A stretch of 64,000 bases of DNA from Torpedo marmorata. Lineage: Eukaryota. Below are positions 62,641 to 64,000 of this stretch, piece after piece. The notes beneath the pieces are model-generated. The model was not told where the DNA came from, did not search any database, and saw only the letters and a program-made list of their open reading frames with translations. The stretch covers positions 18,290,001 to 18,354,000 of the forward strand of contig OZ360233.1 in NCBI GenBank assembly GCA_977017645.1. Reading direction: 5' to 3'. The position numbers and the translations under genes were made by a program. The first letter of the stretch is position 1. Every line of letters starts with the position of its first letter.

Positions 62641-62683
62641 TCTTGGTCTGCAGTCAAATGGTCTACCACTGAGCTATGCCCTC
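62641..62683 (-). pseudogene. tRNA-Cys 5'-half retrocopy (duplicate of 4515-4557)
   Basis: Same sequence and flanking duplication. Confidence 0.85.
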
Positions 62684-62867
62684 ATCGAGATACAGACGTT
62701 CTTAACAACTCGGTCTCATTGGTTCAATAATGGACACACGAACCAATCCTGTGTGAGGGAAACACTCTCATATCTATCCCCAGGCGTTGGTACGCTATAA
62801 CATCGCCCCACGCCTTGTTTTGCGGTAACACAAATAAATATTCGCGTTTTACCGTAATCCGCGTACC

Positions 62868-62913
62868 ATGTCCCTCCTGCGTTGTTTGCTGATTCTATGG
62901 GTCGTTCTGACTG
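62868..62913 (+). other. Upstream (second) leader exon
   Basis: MSLLRCLLILWVVLT-G, GTGAGT donor. Confidence 0.8.
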
Positions 62914-63239
62914 GTGAGTCTGTCTGAGTGGTCATCGACTTCTGTCCATCGTCCTTTATCGACGTGTCTCCCTCTTTAACCTAATTAAAGTTCGGCGATT
63001 CCCCCAAGACTCACACTCCTTCGCTCACCCTCTGTTTACTCATTTAAGATTTCACTCTGTGCTCACTTAACTCACTCGCGCTGTCTCTCCCGCACTCCCG
63101 CTCTCGCCCCTCGCCGCTCTCGTGCGAGGGAAACGACCCCAGCCTCCAACAGAGGTTCTTCTGCTTCCGACGTGCGCTGGCGAACATATATCGGCGAGCA
63201 TTTGTAAAATATCTTTCTTTCGCATTTAGGCCGGGCACC

Positions 63240-63665
63240 ATGTTTCTCCTGAGTTGTTGGCTGATTCTATCGGCCATTCTGCCTGGTGAGACCCGTTGGT
63301 CAACACGTGACGTGCTGGATCAGCGCCATTCCGCGCCATTCACACATTCTGTGTTTTGTTCCAGGGGCGACTGGGAACGATTCAGTGACCCAAACACCTC
63401 TGGAATTGAGCATCGACGGAGAGCAGATCGTATCACTGAGCTGCATTTACTCGATGAGTCCCTTCGCATATTTTTGGTACATTCAACGTCCTGGAGACTC
63501 TCCCAAATATATGCTGAAGATCTTCACGTCGGGAGATGTGTCTCTGTCTCACGATTGTTCGGAGATGATATCGGCTTCCTTGGAGAAAAAGAGCCAGAGA
63601 TTCCATCTCAAAATCTCAGAAACCCGCGAGGAGGATTCCGCCGTTTATCTCTGCGCCGTGGAGCT
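63240..63665 (+). CDS. TRAV: TCR alpha/delta-type V segment, open (leader 63240-63285, V exon 63365-63665)
   Basis: ATGNDSVTQTPLELSIDGEQIVSLSCIY...EDSAVYLCAVE; RSS 63666-63704 CACACTG/23/ACAAAAACT. Confidence 0.85.
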
Positions 63666-64000
63666 CACACTGTTCCAGGGCGGTGGCGGATCCGCACAAA
63701 AACTCACCTCGAGAATTTCCATCGCTCGCTGTGGCTAGGGGGCGCACTCGGGCACCGGCAGCCAGTTCTGTCGGTCAGCGCACTGGAAGCGTCAACACGA
63801 CCTTCCTGGAGAGTCTGCTGAAAACGGCAAAACCGAGTTGCAGGAGATTTGCCCTCCTCTGAGAGTTTCTCTTACTCTGCCTCCTCTGTGTCAGATTCCT
63901 TACTTTGAGGTGGAAGGTAGCAAGCCAGGGAAAGAGAAGGAGTGTTCTTGTGATGGAAATTGTGAGATTAATAAAGCGGTCTGTTTCGGACAGATGCGTG

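Larger units (their letters stand above)
56006..64000 (+). repeat. Segmental duplication: 56006-~61430 parallels ~19010-24126 and ~58885-64000 parallels 781-5860
   Basis: Same V order, shared pseudogene lesions and shared TE/tRNA insertions. Confidence 0.9.

Noticed and set aside
2393-63704. NAR-TCR, IgNAR or TAILV (Ig-like) V segments
   Set aside because: All open Vs have leaders, a full CDR2 region, YLCA-type ends and no linked D/J or octamer. NAR-TCR supporting V-delta segments are leaderless. Alpha versus delta use cannot be decided here.

Overview
Eukaryotic (vertebrate) genomic DNA: part of a T-cell receptor alpha/delta-type variable (V) gene array, most likely from a cartilaginous fish (inferred from the V style and the CR1/L1/Rex1/Penelope repeat content; the species cannot be determined). 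I count about 26 V segments or remnants, all on the + strand. Each has a 46-nt leader exon, a ~76-86-nt intron, a ~301-nt V exon (DSVTQ...C...WY.Q...YLCA) and a 3' recombination signal (CACACTG heptamer, 23-bp spacer, ACAAA[A/T]ACT nonamer). Eleven have open V exons; the rest are pseudogenes. There are two subfamilies, expanded by tandem and segmental duplication and interrupted by LINEs, including an ~11-kb nest of L1 fragments at 44.9-56 kb. I saw no D, J or C exons. The most notable patterns are: (1) a conserved second, upstream leader exon in front of six V exons of one subfamily; (2) same-orientation CTCF-like motifs about 25 bp behind most RSSs; (3) a conserved extra, unpaired Cys after CDR2; (4) a V exon deleted heptamer-to-heptamer, leaving a naked RSS; (5) a tailless tRNA-Cys retrocopy in a V promoter; (6) a composite palindromic hAT MITE. 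Coordinates were counted by eye; TE boundaries are approximate.
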